From assembly GCA_031372065.1 (NCBI GenBank), contig JANMKN010000250.1, forward strand, positions 1 to 58,228: a DNA stretch of 58,228 bases, read 5' to 3'. The stretch's first letter is position 1. Every line of letters starts with the position of its first letter. Below the pieces are notes generated by a model that was given only the letters and a program-made list of their open reading frames with translations, did not search any database and was not told the origin of the DNA. This document shows positions 17,959 to 28,071 of this stretch, piece by piece. The position numbers and the translations under genes are program-made. This DNA is from Abditibacteriaceae bacterium (GTDB lineage: Bacteria > Armatimonadota > Abditibacteriia > Abditibacteriales > Abditibacteriaceae).

Positions 17959-20900
17959 TCAAGTGCCCAGTTGTTTGTCTAATGCCCACGCCACCACATC
18001 ATTCAATGATTTACCGCGCGCGTCGTGGCGCAATTGCGTGAGGGCAGCGTCATCAAGTCCGGCGCGCGGCGCGACATTTTGCAGCAAATCGGCGCAGTAT
18101 TTCTGATGAGGTGAGCCAGCCTCTTCGAATAAGCGCACGGCAGCAGTGAAGAGGCGGCAAGCGGCGTGCAGTTCGCTCCGCGATTCGGCGATTTCTCCCA
18201 AATTCGACAAGCCCCGCGCCACGCCGAAGGTGTCCCCCAACGCTTGTTCGATGTTAAGGGCTTCTTCATAAAATTTCTGCGCTTCTTCCAATCGTTCCAA
18301 TTCTTGGGATTGCACCCCCAGATTAGTCGCCGTTTCGGCCACACCGCGATTATCTCCCAGCTTGCGTCGCAGGGCTAAGGCTTCTTGCAGGTGCAGCGAG
18401 GCCGCATCGCGCTCGCCAACCTCATCTTCGGTCAGCCCCCAGTTGTTCAGCACCATGCTGGCACCTTGATCATTGCCGGACTGCCGGTAGATTTCCAACG
18501 CCGTTGCGAAGTGTTGTCCTGCACCAGCGGCATCCTGCACATCGCGTCGCGCCGACCCTAACAAATTATGGGCGGCGGCTTGACCTCGTGCATCGCCCGC
18601 CTGCTCGCAGCGCGCCAAAACCTGTAGCAAAATCTGCTGTGCGGCCTCCTCTTCACAAGCATCAAGATGCAATCCGGCGCGTTCCAGTTGAAGATTGTTT
18701 AATATTTCACTGTCAGGTGACTGCGGCGGCGTAATTTGTAGACCGCTTTCTATTTGGCGCACTGCTTCGCGTAAAAATCCACGCCTTTGCAAAAAGCATC
18801 CTAACAGCAACGAGAACTCGGCGGCTTGCGCGGCTTCGCCCGCCGCGCGGCACCATTCCTGTGCGCTATATGCGTTCTCGTAATCGACTTGAAGGCGGCT
18901 TAGTGCTTTCATCTCACCGGGCGAGCGCAGCTTTGCCATTTGTTCGCGCGCTATTTTCAAAAAATGCTGTGCGTGCTTTTGCCGCACGCTAACGCCATCG
19001 GGCGATTCGTCCAGTTTCTCCACTGCGTAGTCGCGCAAGGCTTCAAGCATGGTATGACGCCTGGCGCCGTTGCCGGAGGCGTCGCGCAGCAATGAATGGC
19101 GATCCAGTTCGGCCACACTTTCCAACGAGTCGAAGATGTCGCAGATAGCCTCTATGTCGTCTATGGTGAAGCCGCCGTGAAAGACTGCCAGTTGCGCGAA
19201 TAACGACTTACCATCATCGGTGAGCAGTTCATAAGACCAGTCAATCGTGCCGCGCAGAGCGCGCTGGCGCTCTGGTAAATCAGGCGATTTAGATTTCAAT
19301 AAACTGAAACGTTTGCCGAGGCGTTCGAGTATTTGGAAAGGTTCCAAAACCTCAATGCGCGACGCGGCGAGTTCAATAGCCAAGGGTATGCCTTCGAGTT
19401 GCCGGCATAGTTCCACAATGGCGGCGCGATTCTCTTCGTTCACCATAAAATCCTTCTGGCAGGAGCGGGCACGCGCGGTGAACAATTGCTGTGCGGTTTC
19501 CGGCAACAATGGCGGCACTTCTTTAAGTTCTTCGCCCTGTAATTTCAAGGCACGGCGCGAAGTGGCGAGGATTTTAATGCCCGGCGCAGCCGTCAGCATA
19601 TCGCTGATGACCGTGCCAGCATCGGGGATTTGTTCCAGATTATCCAGAACCAGTAACATACTCCGACCCTGCAACAAGCCATGAATTTGCTCCCGCGCTG
19701 TAGCTGGTGGCTGTATGGTAAAGTCCAGCGTATTGGAGATGTGTTGCAACATCCCATCGCTGTCGCGCTTGTCTGCAAGTTCAATCCAACACACGCCGTC
19801 AGGAAACTCACTAACCCAGTCGTGGGCACAAAGTGTTGCGAGTTGCAACGCTGAACGCGTTTTGCCCAAACCGCCAAAGCCCGTTAGGGTCAGCAGACGG
19901 GTGGCCGGTTGGCGTAAAACTTCGCCCCATGCGATGATTTCTTCTTCGCGTCCGATGAATGGCGTATTTGGCTTGGGCAGATTGTATAATGCTGGCGTGG
20001 CGACTTTGAGCGGTTGTTCAAGTGGCAGCAGAGTTTGCCCTACGCATCCGCTTTTCAAACGCATGAACAAGACGGGCATCCACCAGTCGTCACTTTTAGG
20101 CACATTGGCGCGTGCTACGCCGCGTGCCACTGCCATAGCACGATCAATCTGTCCATCGCGGCGCAATTCCTTAAAGAAGCACGGCATGAAGTGTTCAACC
20201 GTCTCCATAGAGACTTTTCCCTGCATGGCAATGACAGCCGGGACGCCTGCATCGGCCAAGAGCGGCCCCAGTGCTGTCAACGCGCCACCTGGCCCCTTGG
20301 CTGTTGCATCACCCGCGCTCTGGCACGAAGCCAACACAACTAAGCGCGGCGGTTGTTGAATTGATTGTTTCAGGCAATTGGCGAGTTCAGCGCCCTTTTC
20401 TTTCTTTACATCGCCCGTCGTGTCTTCCAGAAAGAGGATTGGTTCTTCTCCGGTCAGTGATCCATGACACACCAGATAGAGAATGTCGTAACCGTCTCGG
20501 AGCTTATTAGCAATATTGATTAGCGCGGCGTTGCCCGGCATATCCGGGTCGGAGCATAGTGTTTCTACGGTAATTCCGCCTAAACAAAGTTGCGCAGCGC
20601 CTTTCCAGAAACCTTGCCCGGACAGCGCTTCTATTTTCTTTGATGCTTCCTCTACAGTAATTCCGCCTAAACCGGCACAGGCGCGGGCCAATTCTCCTTT
20701 TACATCAATGGCCGTGAGAGGCGGCCCGCCACCCGGCTTCCACTTGTTCAAACTTTTAGGGTTTGCAATGACCACCAGCGCCTTCAAGTCGTGCAGCGGG
20801 CGCATATCTATAGGGCGCATATCGCTGCTGCTCAAATAGCGCGAAAAAACATGGTTTTCATTGGTCAGAAGAGGTTTGCCGCTCTGGGGATCGTGCAGCT

Positions 20901-21234
20901 TTTCCCAGTGCAAGCCATGCAAAGCGGTGGCACGACGCTCAATGGAAAGGCGAATGCGTAATGCCGCGCTGAGCGCACTGGCGCGGGCGCAAGCTATGTC
21001 AAATGCATTATGTAACTCGCCGACCCAAAATGATTTGCTGAGTTCGATAGCATATTCTTCGCTGCTATAGATTAAACCGTCCAACTTCTCCAGATTGAGG
21101 TCTAAATAGGTTGGTTCATCGCCCAACAAGCGCGCTTCGGTATCGCTGCCCACTTGACTAAAATCTAATTCGACCGTATAACGGTCATCATCTCTTTTGA
21201 ACAACTTGATTTCCAAATCAGCGTAAGCGGACAT
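17959..21234 (-). CDS. CHAT protease - STAND (NB-ARC/AfsR-type) ATPase - TPR protein
   Basis: CHAT LHWEKL, LVCHG, LASCQS, VIAMQ, WWMPVLF; Walker A GFGGLGKT; Walker B LLVLDNLE; EGIPLAIELAA; C-terminal TPRs. Confidence 0.9.
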   Translation of the reverse strand: MSAYADLEIKLFKRDDDRYTVELDFSQVGSDTEARLLGDEPTYLDLNLEKLDGLIYSSEEYAIELSKSFWVGELHNAFDIACARASALSAALRIRLSIERRATALHGLHWEKLHDPQSGKPLLTNENHVFSRYLSSSDMRPIDMRPLHDLKALVVIANPKSLNKWKPGGGPPLTAIDVKGELARACAGLGGITVEEASKKIEALSGQGFWKGAAQLCLGGITVETLCSDPDMPGNAALINIANKLRDGYDILYLVCHGSLTGEEPILFLEDTTGDVKKEKGAELANCLKQSIQQPPRLVVLASCQSAGDATAKGPGGALTALGPLLADAGVPAVIAMQGKVSMETVEHFMPCFFKELRRDGQIDRAMAVARGVARANVPKSDDWWMPVLFMRLKSGCVGQTLLPLEQPLKVATPALYNLPKPNTPFIGREEEIIAWGEVLRQPATRLLTLTGFGGLGKTRSALQLATLCAHDWVSEFPDGVCWIELADKRDSDGMLQHISNTLDFTIQPPATAREQIHGLLQGRSMLLVLDNLEQIPDAGTVISDMLTAAPGIKILATSRRALKLQGEELKEVPPLLPETAQQLFTARARSCQKDFMVNEENRAAIVELCRQLEGIPLAIELAASRIEVLEPFQILERLGKRFSLLKSKSPDLPERQRALRGTIDWSYELLTDDGKSLFAQLAVFHGGFTIDDIEAICDIFDSLESVAELDRHSLLRDASGNGARRHTMLEALRDYAVEKLDESPDGVSVRQKHAQHFLKIAREQMAKLRSPGEMKALSRLQVDYENAYSAQEWCRAAGEAAQAAEFSLLLGCFLQRRGFLREAVRQIESGLQITPPQSPDSEILNNLQLERAGLHLDACEEEAAQQILLQVLARCEQAGDARGQAAAHNLLGSARRDVQDAAGAGQHFATALEIYRQSGNDQGASMVLNNWGLTEDEVGERDAASLHLQEALALRRKLGDNRGVAETATNLGVQSQELERLEEAQKFYEEALNIEQALGDTFGVARGLSNLGEIAESRSELHAACRLFTAAVRLFEEAGSPHQKYCADLLQNVAPRAGLDDAALTQLRHDARGKSLNDVVAWALDKQLGT

Positions 21235-21475
21235 AATAACAATCAATCCTAATTAAGATGAGTAACTACATTTACCGCTCTAATTATAACCTCTGGGGCC
21301 GTAGCTTACCGCGAAGAACACACCAAGACAATTCGCCTGATGGATCACGCATAATTTCGCCAGCCAGAGGTCAGTGCAGCAGCGTAAGGCAGATTTCTTC
21401 AGGGCAATCGAGTGAGAATTATTCGACTTTACGGCGTGCAAGACGGGCACTGGAAGGCGTCCGGCTTGAGTGCTA

Positions 21476-21925
21476 CCGTTCTATATGCTGCGGCGTGTCC
21501 TCCCATCGCCTACTGCCACATTTCTATGTCGTGTTAGAGCGTTCCGATAACTTGTGGCGGCACTCCTATCTCCTGTGGAAGCACTCCTATGGTTTGTGGG
21601 AGCATTCCTATGTCGTGTGGGGGCATTCCTATGGCGTGTGGAGGCACTCATATCGTTTGGGGAGGCACTCCGATGGATAGGAATGCACCTACACGACGTA
21701 GGAATGCCTCCACACGACATAGGAATGCCTCCACACGACATAGGAGTGCCTCCACACGCGATTTGTAGGGACAGAGATTGCTCTGACCTGTTGCCCGAAT
21801 CATGTCGTGAACGGGAGCAGGACAAGCGCTGCCTCTACAAATGGTTGCACCCGCCTCCGCAAACCAAAAGCGCCCCGCCACAAGAGATAGGAATACCTCC
21901 ACAGGCGATAAAAGTGGCTTCACAC
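21476..21925. repeat. 21-bp tandem array arranged as a large imperfect palindrome (axis 21675/21676)
   Basis: GCATTCCTATGTCGTGTGGAG-like units at 21560,21581,21602,21623,21644,21665, then the reverse complement ATAGGAATGCCTCCACACGAC from 21677. Confidence 0.9.
21762..21841. repeat. GTAG-type REP pair (REPIN-like) inserted in the array
   Basis: TTTGTAGGGACAGAG-ATTG-CTCTGACC ... GCTGCCTCTACAAA; inverted GTAG ends with internal hairpins. Confidence 0.6.
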
Positions 21926-22164
21926 GCTAAAAACGCCCTCTCACTGCCTTTTTCCCGCGAATTATGCAAATTTTGCACACCGTGGCGCAGCTTTATAGCG
22001 CCCCTGTGCGTGGAAAGTCAGAACTTTTAATTCCTCTCCCCAGCGAAGCGGTTGGATAGATTCTTAGAATATCGACTTGACCTCGTTATAAAAATGTATA
22101 ATTCCTTCCGTAACGACTTGTCGCAGCGGCAAGAGACGTATGCACTTCTTCATTGAGGATTACT

Positions 22165-25100
22165 ATGAAAACAAAAAGCGTTGTAGTATTGTTGCTCCTG
22201 ACCACCTGTTGTTCGCTCCTGCAAAATGTCGTGGCGGCAGAGATTCGTCCCGCTACACAGGCCTTGCTGGACAAGGCCGTTGAGGCTTATGACTCGCATA
22301 AATTCGACGAAGGCGTAGACCTCGCCAAGACAGCGCTGACCGCAGCGCAGAAATCAGGCGACAAAACCGGTGCGGCAACGGTTCAGGATCAACTCGGCGC
22401 TCTTTACATGCAAATGGAAGATTACGAGGAAGCGTTAAAGGCCTACGATGCCGCCGCTGCCTTATGGCGCGGATTGGGCGAGAAAGATAGCGCGGCGGAA
22501 TCACTCGCTTCTGCGGGTTTGGCCTGCCAGTTGTTGGAGGACTACGAAGAGGCACTCAAACGCCATGAATTAAGCGCCGCTCTCTTTAAGCAAGCTGAAG
22601 ATAAATGTGGTGCGGCGGGTGCGCTTGAGAACGCAGGCGATGCCTATTCTTCGTTGGGCGACGACGCTAAGGCGCTGCAATATTTTCAAAGCGCCTTAAA
22701 GTTGGCACGCGAGGCCGATGATCGCTCTTGTGAGGCAGAGGCGCTCAACGCTCTTGGCCTTCACCTTACAAATATGAGCCGCTTTGATGAGGCACTGGCA
22801 AACCATCAAATGAGCCTGAAAATTAGCCGCGAATTAAAAGACCTCAATTTGGAAGCAGAAACGCTGAGTGACATCGGTGAGATGTATGATTTCAAAGAAG
22901 ATGTAGCCAAAGCAGAGGATTATTACCAGCAAAGCCTGAAAACATATCGTGCTATTCCCGACAATGAGGGACAGGATGGCGAGGAGACAGTTCTCGGCAG
23001 TCTGGGGGCGCTTTACGAGGATACGGAACAACTGGACAAAGCGCTGAATGCCTATCGCGCCATTATGCAAATCGCCAAGGAGCGGGGCGATGATCTGGCA
23101 GCGCGAGTAGACACACTGTTGAACATTGATACGAAGTCACTGCAAGTGGCTTTACTGCGTGAAGACAAAGATTTGACCCAGCCCGACGCCGTGGAACTGT
23201 TAAATACAATCATTCTTGATCATATAGGAGAAGGCGAATTCACGGAAGCTCTCAGCGTCAACGATCTGACGTTCGCGGTAGCGCAAGGCCAAAACAACGG
23301 AGCAGGCGACAAATTACTGCTGGCACTTTGTTGGTATAGGCGCGGCCTTCTCTTACAAAAATCCGAGTTAAACGTGGCTGGGGAATGTTTCGTGCGCTCG
23401 TTGGCGTTGTGGCAGGAGGTTGAGGGCAAGGCGGGCGAGGCGTTAACTCAATTGTCTCTGGCCGAAGTCTACGCGGTTCAAGGGCGCCTATCGGACGCGT
23501 TGCAGGCCAGCACGACAGCCCTGAAATTGTATCGCGAAGAGAATGACAAGTCCGGTGAAATTGAGTCCTTGGGCAAAATTGGCGACATCTACGAAAAGCA
23601 AGGTCTCTACGATAAAGCGTTGGCGCAGCAGCAAGCCACTTTGCAACTCGCGCAGGCGGCGGACAAAAAAGACAGCGAATGCGCAGCAATGTTGGGTATC
23701 GGCGTCATTTATCGCGCGCAGGGCCAAAACGATCTGGCTTTGGCCCAATTCGAGAAAACCCGTAAGCGCTGTGAAGAAACGGACAACTCAGTGATAGCAA
23801 TTGACGTGGCTCTGGAACAGGCCGAACTCAAGCGTTTGACCGGCCACACACCAGAAGCGCTTAAGGACTTTGAAGAGATCTTGCCAACACTGCAAGAAAT
23901 GAAAGATGAGGGAAAAGAGGCCATTGTTAATGGCAGAATCGCCAAAATCCACACGGCGATGGGTCAACATGACGAGGCACTGACGATTTTCGAGGAAAAT
24001 TTGGATGTTTTCGACAAGCTGGGAATGCTTGCTGATCAGGCGGAGACACTCAACGGTCTGGGCGAAGCCCTACTCGCGCGGAATGGGCAAGAGGATGCGA
24101 AGACAGCATTAGTGGCCTTTCAGGAAAGCCTTCGAATCGCACGTGACCTTGGCCTGCCAGTGCTGATGCAGCGAGCGCAGGAACATATGACCAAGTTGGT
24201 CGCCGCGCCCGCCAAGCCACCGTCGTGCCGTTTCATAACTCCCAAACCCGACGAGCAAATCCCCTCCAACAAGTTGGAAGTGCAAGTGGAAGCCACCGGC
24301 GACAAGGAGATTGATCATGTAGATATTTTCTTGGCCAAGGCACAGAAACCTGCAAGCAGGGGGCTGCGAATGCCCTCAAGGGCACTGCCTTCACCAACTG
24401 GCGGACAGCCGGCGCCTCGTTTCAGCCGCTTTTATACCGCCGAAGTGGATATTCCGCCGGGAAATGACGATGTCCTGCTGCGTGCCTTCGCTTATGACGT
24501 AGACGGCAACCCCTCTGAGGCCGCTACCGTGACAGTGCAGCGCGGCACGGCGCCCGCTGTCCCAACCGGCACTTTATACCTTCTCAGCGTCGGCATTAAC
24601 CTCTATGAAGACGTAAAAGTCGATACCCTGAAATTCGCAGCCAATGACGCAAAGGAATTAGCCGAAGTGATGAAGCGTCAAGAAGGCTTGCAATACGCCC
24701 ACGCCAACATTATTTCGCTGACGGATAAGGACGCGACGAAGGCAAAAATACTCAACGCTTTGACGATGCTGAAAACAGCGGGACCTTCCGACACAGTGAT
24801 GGTTTTTCTGGCAGGCCACGGCGTGCAAGACGAGGGCAAATTTTACTTTGCCCCGCACGACATCAACCTGACCAATGTTGCTGGCACCGGCATGGCTTGG
24901 GCAGAGGTGGCAAACGCGCTTTCCAGTCTCCCTAAGAACACGCGCAAATTCCTGCTGGTTGACGCCTGTCATGCGGGCACACAACTTGGCAATCAGAAGG
25001 CAACCAACGGGCAGATAGGCGGTATCTTCCAATCAGATTCGCAAATTGTGGTGTTGGCGTCGTCAAGCGGCGATGAAGTGTCCTACGAAGATGAGAAAAG

Positions 25101-25287
25101 CAAACACGGCTATTTCACTTCAGCCCTGCTCGACGCTATCAAAGGTAAAGCCGATTTCCTCCAAAAGGGCATGGTGACGATGCCAGACATCTTGTCGTGG
25201 TTGAGCGGGACAGTCAAGAGACAACACCCCCAGATTCTCAGAGGGCAATTCAGCCTCAACTCGCCGGTAGCACTGGTGCCTAAATAG
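22165..25287 (+). CDS. Exported TPR-repeat protein with Ig-like segment and C-terminal caspase (C14) domain
   Basis: Signal peptide MKTKSVVVLLLL...VAA; many TPRs; LSVGINLY, LKFAANDA, FLAGHG, LVDACHAG, HGYFT. Confidence 0.9.
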   Translation: MKTKSVVVLLLLTTCCSLLQNVVAAEIRPATQALLDKAVEAYDSHKFDEGVDLAKTALTAAQKSGDKTGAATVQDQLGALYMQMEDYEEALKAYDAAAALWRGLGEKDSAAESLASAGLACQLLEDYEEALKRHELSAALFKQAEDKCGAAGALENAGDAYSSLGDDAKALQYFQSALKLAREADDRSCEAEALNALGLHLTNMSRFDEALANHQMSLKISRELKDLNLEAETLSDIGEMYDFKEDVAKAEDYYQQSLKTYRAIPDNEGQDGEETVLGSLGALYEDTEQLDKALNAYRAIMQIAKERGDDLAARVDTLLNIDTKSLQVALLREDKDLTQPDAVELLNTIILDHIGEGEFTEALSVNDLTFAVAQGQNNGAGDKLLLALCWYRRGLLLQKSELNVAGECFVRSLALWQEVEGKAGEALTQLSLAEVYAVQGRLSDALQASTTALKLYREENDKSGEIESLGKIGDIYEKQGLYDKALAQQQATLQLAQAADKKDSECAAMLGIGVIYRAQGQNDLALAQFEKTRKRCEETDNSVIAIDVALEQAELKRLTGHTPEALKDFEEILPTLQEMKDEGKEAIVNGRIAKIHTAMGQHDEALTIFEENLDVFDKLGMLADQAETLNGLGEALLARNGQEDAKTALVAFQESLRIARDLGLPVLMQRAQEHMTKLVAAPAKPPSCRFITPKPDEQIPSNKLEVQVEATGDKEIDHVDIFLAKAQKPASRGLRMPSRALPSPTGGQPAPRFSRFYTAEVDIPPGNDDVLLRAFAYDVDGNPSEAATVTVQRGTAPAVPTGTLYLLSVGINLYEDVKVDTLKFAANDAKELAEVMKRQEGLQYAHANIISLTDKDATKAKILNALTMLKTAGPSDTVMVFLAGHGVQDEGKFYFAPHDINLTNVAGTGMAWAEVANALSSLPKNTRKFLLVDACHAGTQLGNQKATNGQIGGIFQSDSQIVVLASSSGDEVSYEDEKSKHGYFTSALLDAIKGKADFLQKGMVTMPDILSWLSGTVKRQHPQILRGQFSLNSPVALVPK

Positions 25288-25363
25288 AAAAATGTGCCGT
25301 GAGGATGCAAGGCGATTTTTATCGCTGAACAATTGGGTTGGCTTGACCGCTAAACCCCTACTG

Positions 25364-25401
25364 AACACAAAAGAGCGCGCCGTAGCGCGCTCTTTTGTGT
25401 T
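25364..25401. terminator. Bidirectional terminator
   Basis: AACACAAAAGAGCGCGC-CGTA-GCGCGCTCTTTTGTGTT between convergent genes. Confidence 0.85.
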
Positions 25402-25419
25402 GGGAATTTCATGCGGATT

Positions 25420-26205
25420 TTATTCGCTTACGCCGTTATTTGAAACGTGAACAGCAGTTTCGACAGACGAATTGGAATCGGTATCCAGCGCTTCGGCCTT
25501 GGCTTTAGCTTTAGCTTTAGCTTTAGCTTTAGCTGCCTGATTATATTCGCGCGCTAACAAGCGCATCTCGCCGGTTTCGACGTAATAGATATTTTCTACG
25601 ATGTTGGTGGCATGATCGGCCACGCGTTCGAGCATTCGCGCCACCAGCAACAGTTTGGTGGCTTGCTCCACCAAACTCGGATCCTCGCGCATTTTGTCCA
25701 TCAATTCATTTTCCAAACGCTTGCACAAATCATCTACCTGATCATCGTCGCGGGCCACTTGATAGGCGCCTTCAATCGAATGATCAATAAAGGCCTGCAT
25801 CGAATCATGCACCATAGCACGGGCCAAATCACCGAGTTCAGGAATATCAACCAGCGGCTTGAAATAAGACTGCCCGGCGAGACTACGCGTAATTTTGGCA
25901 ATATCTACTGCATGATCGCCGATGCGTTCCAAATCTATCACGATGCGGATGCTGGAACCGACGACACGCAGGTCGCGCGCCATCGGCTGCTGCAAGGCCA
26001 ACAATTGCATGGCGCGGGCTTGAATGCCGAAAGTCATGTCGTCAGCGAAATCATCGTCGGTCACGACTTGCTTGGCGAGTGCCAAATCCTGACGCTCCAA
26101 AGCATCCATCGCCTTGCCGAGCGATTCCTCAACAAAACGACCTAAACGCAAAAGGTCGTTTTGCAACTCCTGTAATTGATCTTCAAAACTGCGGCGGATT
26201 ATCAT
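25420..26205 (-). CDS. phoU: Phosphate signalling protein PhoU
   Basis: QQPMARDLR, DLERIGDHAVDIA, LERVADHATNI. Confidence 0.95.
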   Translation of the reverse strand: MIIRRSFEDQLQELQNDLLRLGRFVEESLGKAMDALERQDLALAKQVVTDDDFADDMTFGIQARAMQLLALQQPMARDLRVVGSSIRIVIDLERIGDHAVDIAKITRSLAGQSYFKPLVDIPELGDLARAMVHDSMQAFIDHSIEGAYQVARDDDQVDDLCKRLENELMDKMREDPSLVEQATKLLLVARMLERVADHATNIVENIYYVETGEMRLLAREYNQAAKAKAKAKAKAKAEALDTDSNSSVETAVHVSNNGVSE

Positions 26206-26289
26206 TTTAGTCCTTGATTTTAGATATTAGATTCTGGATGCTGGATGAAAATTTACCTTGTATTCAGCATCCAGCATCTAATATCCAGC

Positions 26290-27117
26290 CTACCCAAACC
26301 TTCCCGTAATGTAATCTTCGGTTTTCTTATCCGACGGGTCGGTGAAAATTTTCGATGACGCGTCTATTTCGATGAGTTCACCAAGCAGGAAAAACCCGGT
26401 AGTATCCGAAACGCGGGCGGCCTGCTGCATATTGTGCGTCACAATGACAATTGTATATTTGTCTCGCAATTCACGCATGAGTTCTTCGATTTTCAGCGTC
26501 GAAATCGGGTCAAGGGCCGAACAAGGCTCGTCCATCAGAACCACATCCGGCTTGACCGCTAAGGCGCGGGCGATGCACAAACGCTGCTGCTGACCGCCGG
26601 AAAGCGACAGCGCGCTTTTCTTTAAATCGTCTTTGACTTCGCCCCACAACGCCGAGTCTTGCAAGGTGTTTTCCACCAGATTTGATAAATCGGTTTTGTT
26701 CTTAACGCCGAGCAAACGCGGGCCATAGGCGATGTTATCGAAAATGCTCATCGGAAACGGATTTGGTTTCTGAAAAACCATGCCGACGCGCTGCCGAAGC
26801 CTTACGACGTCCACATTTTTAGCGTAAATGTCTTGACCTTCCAGTAAAACGGTGCCGCTGATTTTCACGCTTTCGATAAGATCGTTCATGCGATTCAGGC
26901 AACGCAAAAAAGTGCTTTTGCCACAACCGGAAGGGCCGATCAACGCGGTAATGCTGTTTTCCATTATCTGCGCGTTGATGTCTTTCAGCGCTTGTTTTTT
27001 GCCATAGAACAAACTCAATTCGCGCGCTTCGATCTTCAGCGAAGACAGTGGCGATGCAGCGACTGAATTAGTCTTGCCCTCGCTGTAAGAAGGGAAATGA
27101 GAGGATGCGGTCATCAA
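26290..27117 (-). CDS. pstB: Phosphate ABC transporter ATPase
   Basis: [42 protein letters not shown]. Confidence 0.97.
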   Translation of the reverse strand: MMTASSHFPSYSEGKTNSVAASPLSSLKIEARELSLFYGKKQALKDINAQIMENSITALIGPSGCGKSTFLRCLNRMNDLIESVKISGTVLLEGQDIYAKNVDVVRLRQRVGMVFQKPNPFPMSIFDNIAYGPRLLGVKNKTDLSNLVENTLQDSALWGEVKDDLKKSALSLSGGQQQRLCIARALAVKPDVVLMDEPCSALDPISTLKIEELMRELRDKYTIVIVTHNMQQAARVSDTTGFFLLGELIEIDASSKIFTDPSDKKTEDYITGRFG

Positions 27118-27142
27118 AAATTCCTTTGCGGAATGAAAATTT

Positions 27143-28036
27143 TCAGTTTGATTCGCCCAAACGATTGGCCGTAAAATAGCGGGCCGCGATGCTTAAAACT
27201 AAAATCATGGCGACCAAAACCAGCGAGCCACCCCACGCCAGCAAATGCCAATAATCGCTGGGATTGGTGGCGAAATCATAAATCGCTTTGGGCAAAGAGG
27301 CAGTCGGACGATTCGGATTCAGGTTCACGCCGCTATTGCCGAGCGCAGTGAACAAAAGCGGCGCGGTTTCTCCTGAAATACGCGCAATCGCCAGTAAAAT
27401 GCCCGTAATCACGCCGCCACGAGCCGTGCTGAGAACGACTTTCAAAATTGAATGCCAATGTGTGTCGCCCAACGCCAACGCGCCTTCACGCAACGAAATC
27501 GGCACTAATTTCAAAATTTCTTCGGTGGTGCGCATAATCGTCGGGAACATCATCACGCCAAGCGCCAAACCGCCCGCCCACGCCGAAAAATGCGGATTTT
27601 TCAATGGCAAAATCGCTACCGCGTAGATAAAAATGCCGATGACAATCGAAGGAATACCATTCAGCACGTCAGCGGCAAAACGCACCGCCGCGCCAAAGCG
27701 ATTTTTGCCGAATTCCGACAAATAAATGCCACCCAACACACCGCACGGCAGACCAAGGCACGACGCGATACCAATAATCATCAGCGTGCCCAAAATGGCG
27801 TGCTTCATGCCGCCGGTTACATCATCCGGCGGCTTTTGCGCGTGCAAAAAGAAGTTGGCATTGAGCGCCGAAAAGCCGCGCACTGTGATGTAATACAACA
27901 CCAAAAGCAGCGGCACGACAGCGATAAATGTAGCGAGGCTGGCACCGCCAAACATCAGAGTGTTCGCCAGTTTGCGGCGCATCATCAGCGATGGACTTGG
28001 CGTAAGAGTGATAGATTTTTGGGATTGATTACTCAT
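27143..28036 (-). CDS. pstA: Phosphate ABC transporter permease PstA
   Basis: [30 protein letters not shown]. Confidence 0.95.
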   Translation of the reverse strand: MSNQSQKSITLTPSPSLMMRRKLANTLMFGGASLATFIAVVPLLLVLYYITVRGFSALNANFFLHAQKPPDDVTGGMKHAILGTLMIIGIASCLGLPCGVLGGIYLSEFGKNRFGAAVRFAADVLNGIPSIVIGIFIYAVAILPLKNPHFSAWAGGLALGVMMFPTIMRTTEEILKLVPISLREGALALGDTHWHSILKVVLSTARGGVITGILLAIARISGETAPLLFTALGNSGVNLNPNRPTASLPKAIYDFATNPSDYWHLLAWGGSLVLVAMILVLSIAARYFTANRLGESN

Positions 28037-28071
28037 GTTCGCTCGGAATGACAGGTTTTTTTTAAGCCGCT

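Noticed and set aside
21258..22030. ORFs 21258..21680, 21481..21825, 21554..22030 and 21648..21923
   Set aside because: Products mirror the 21-bp palindromic array in several frames; likely spurious
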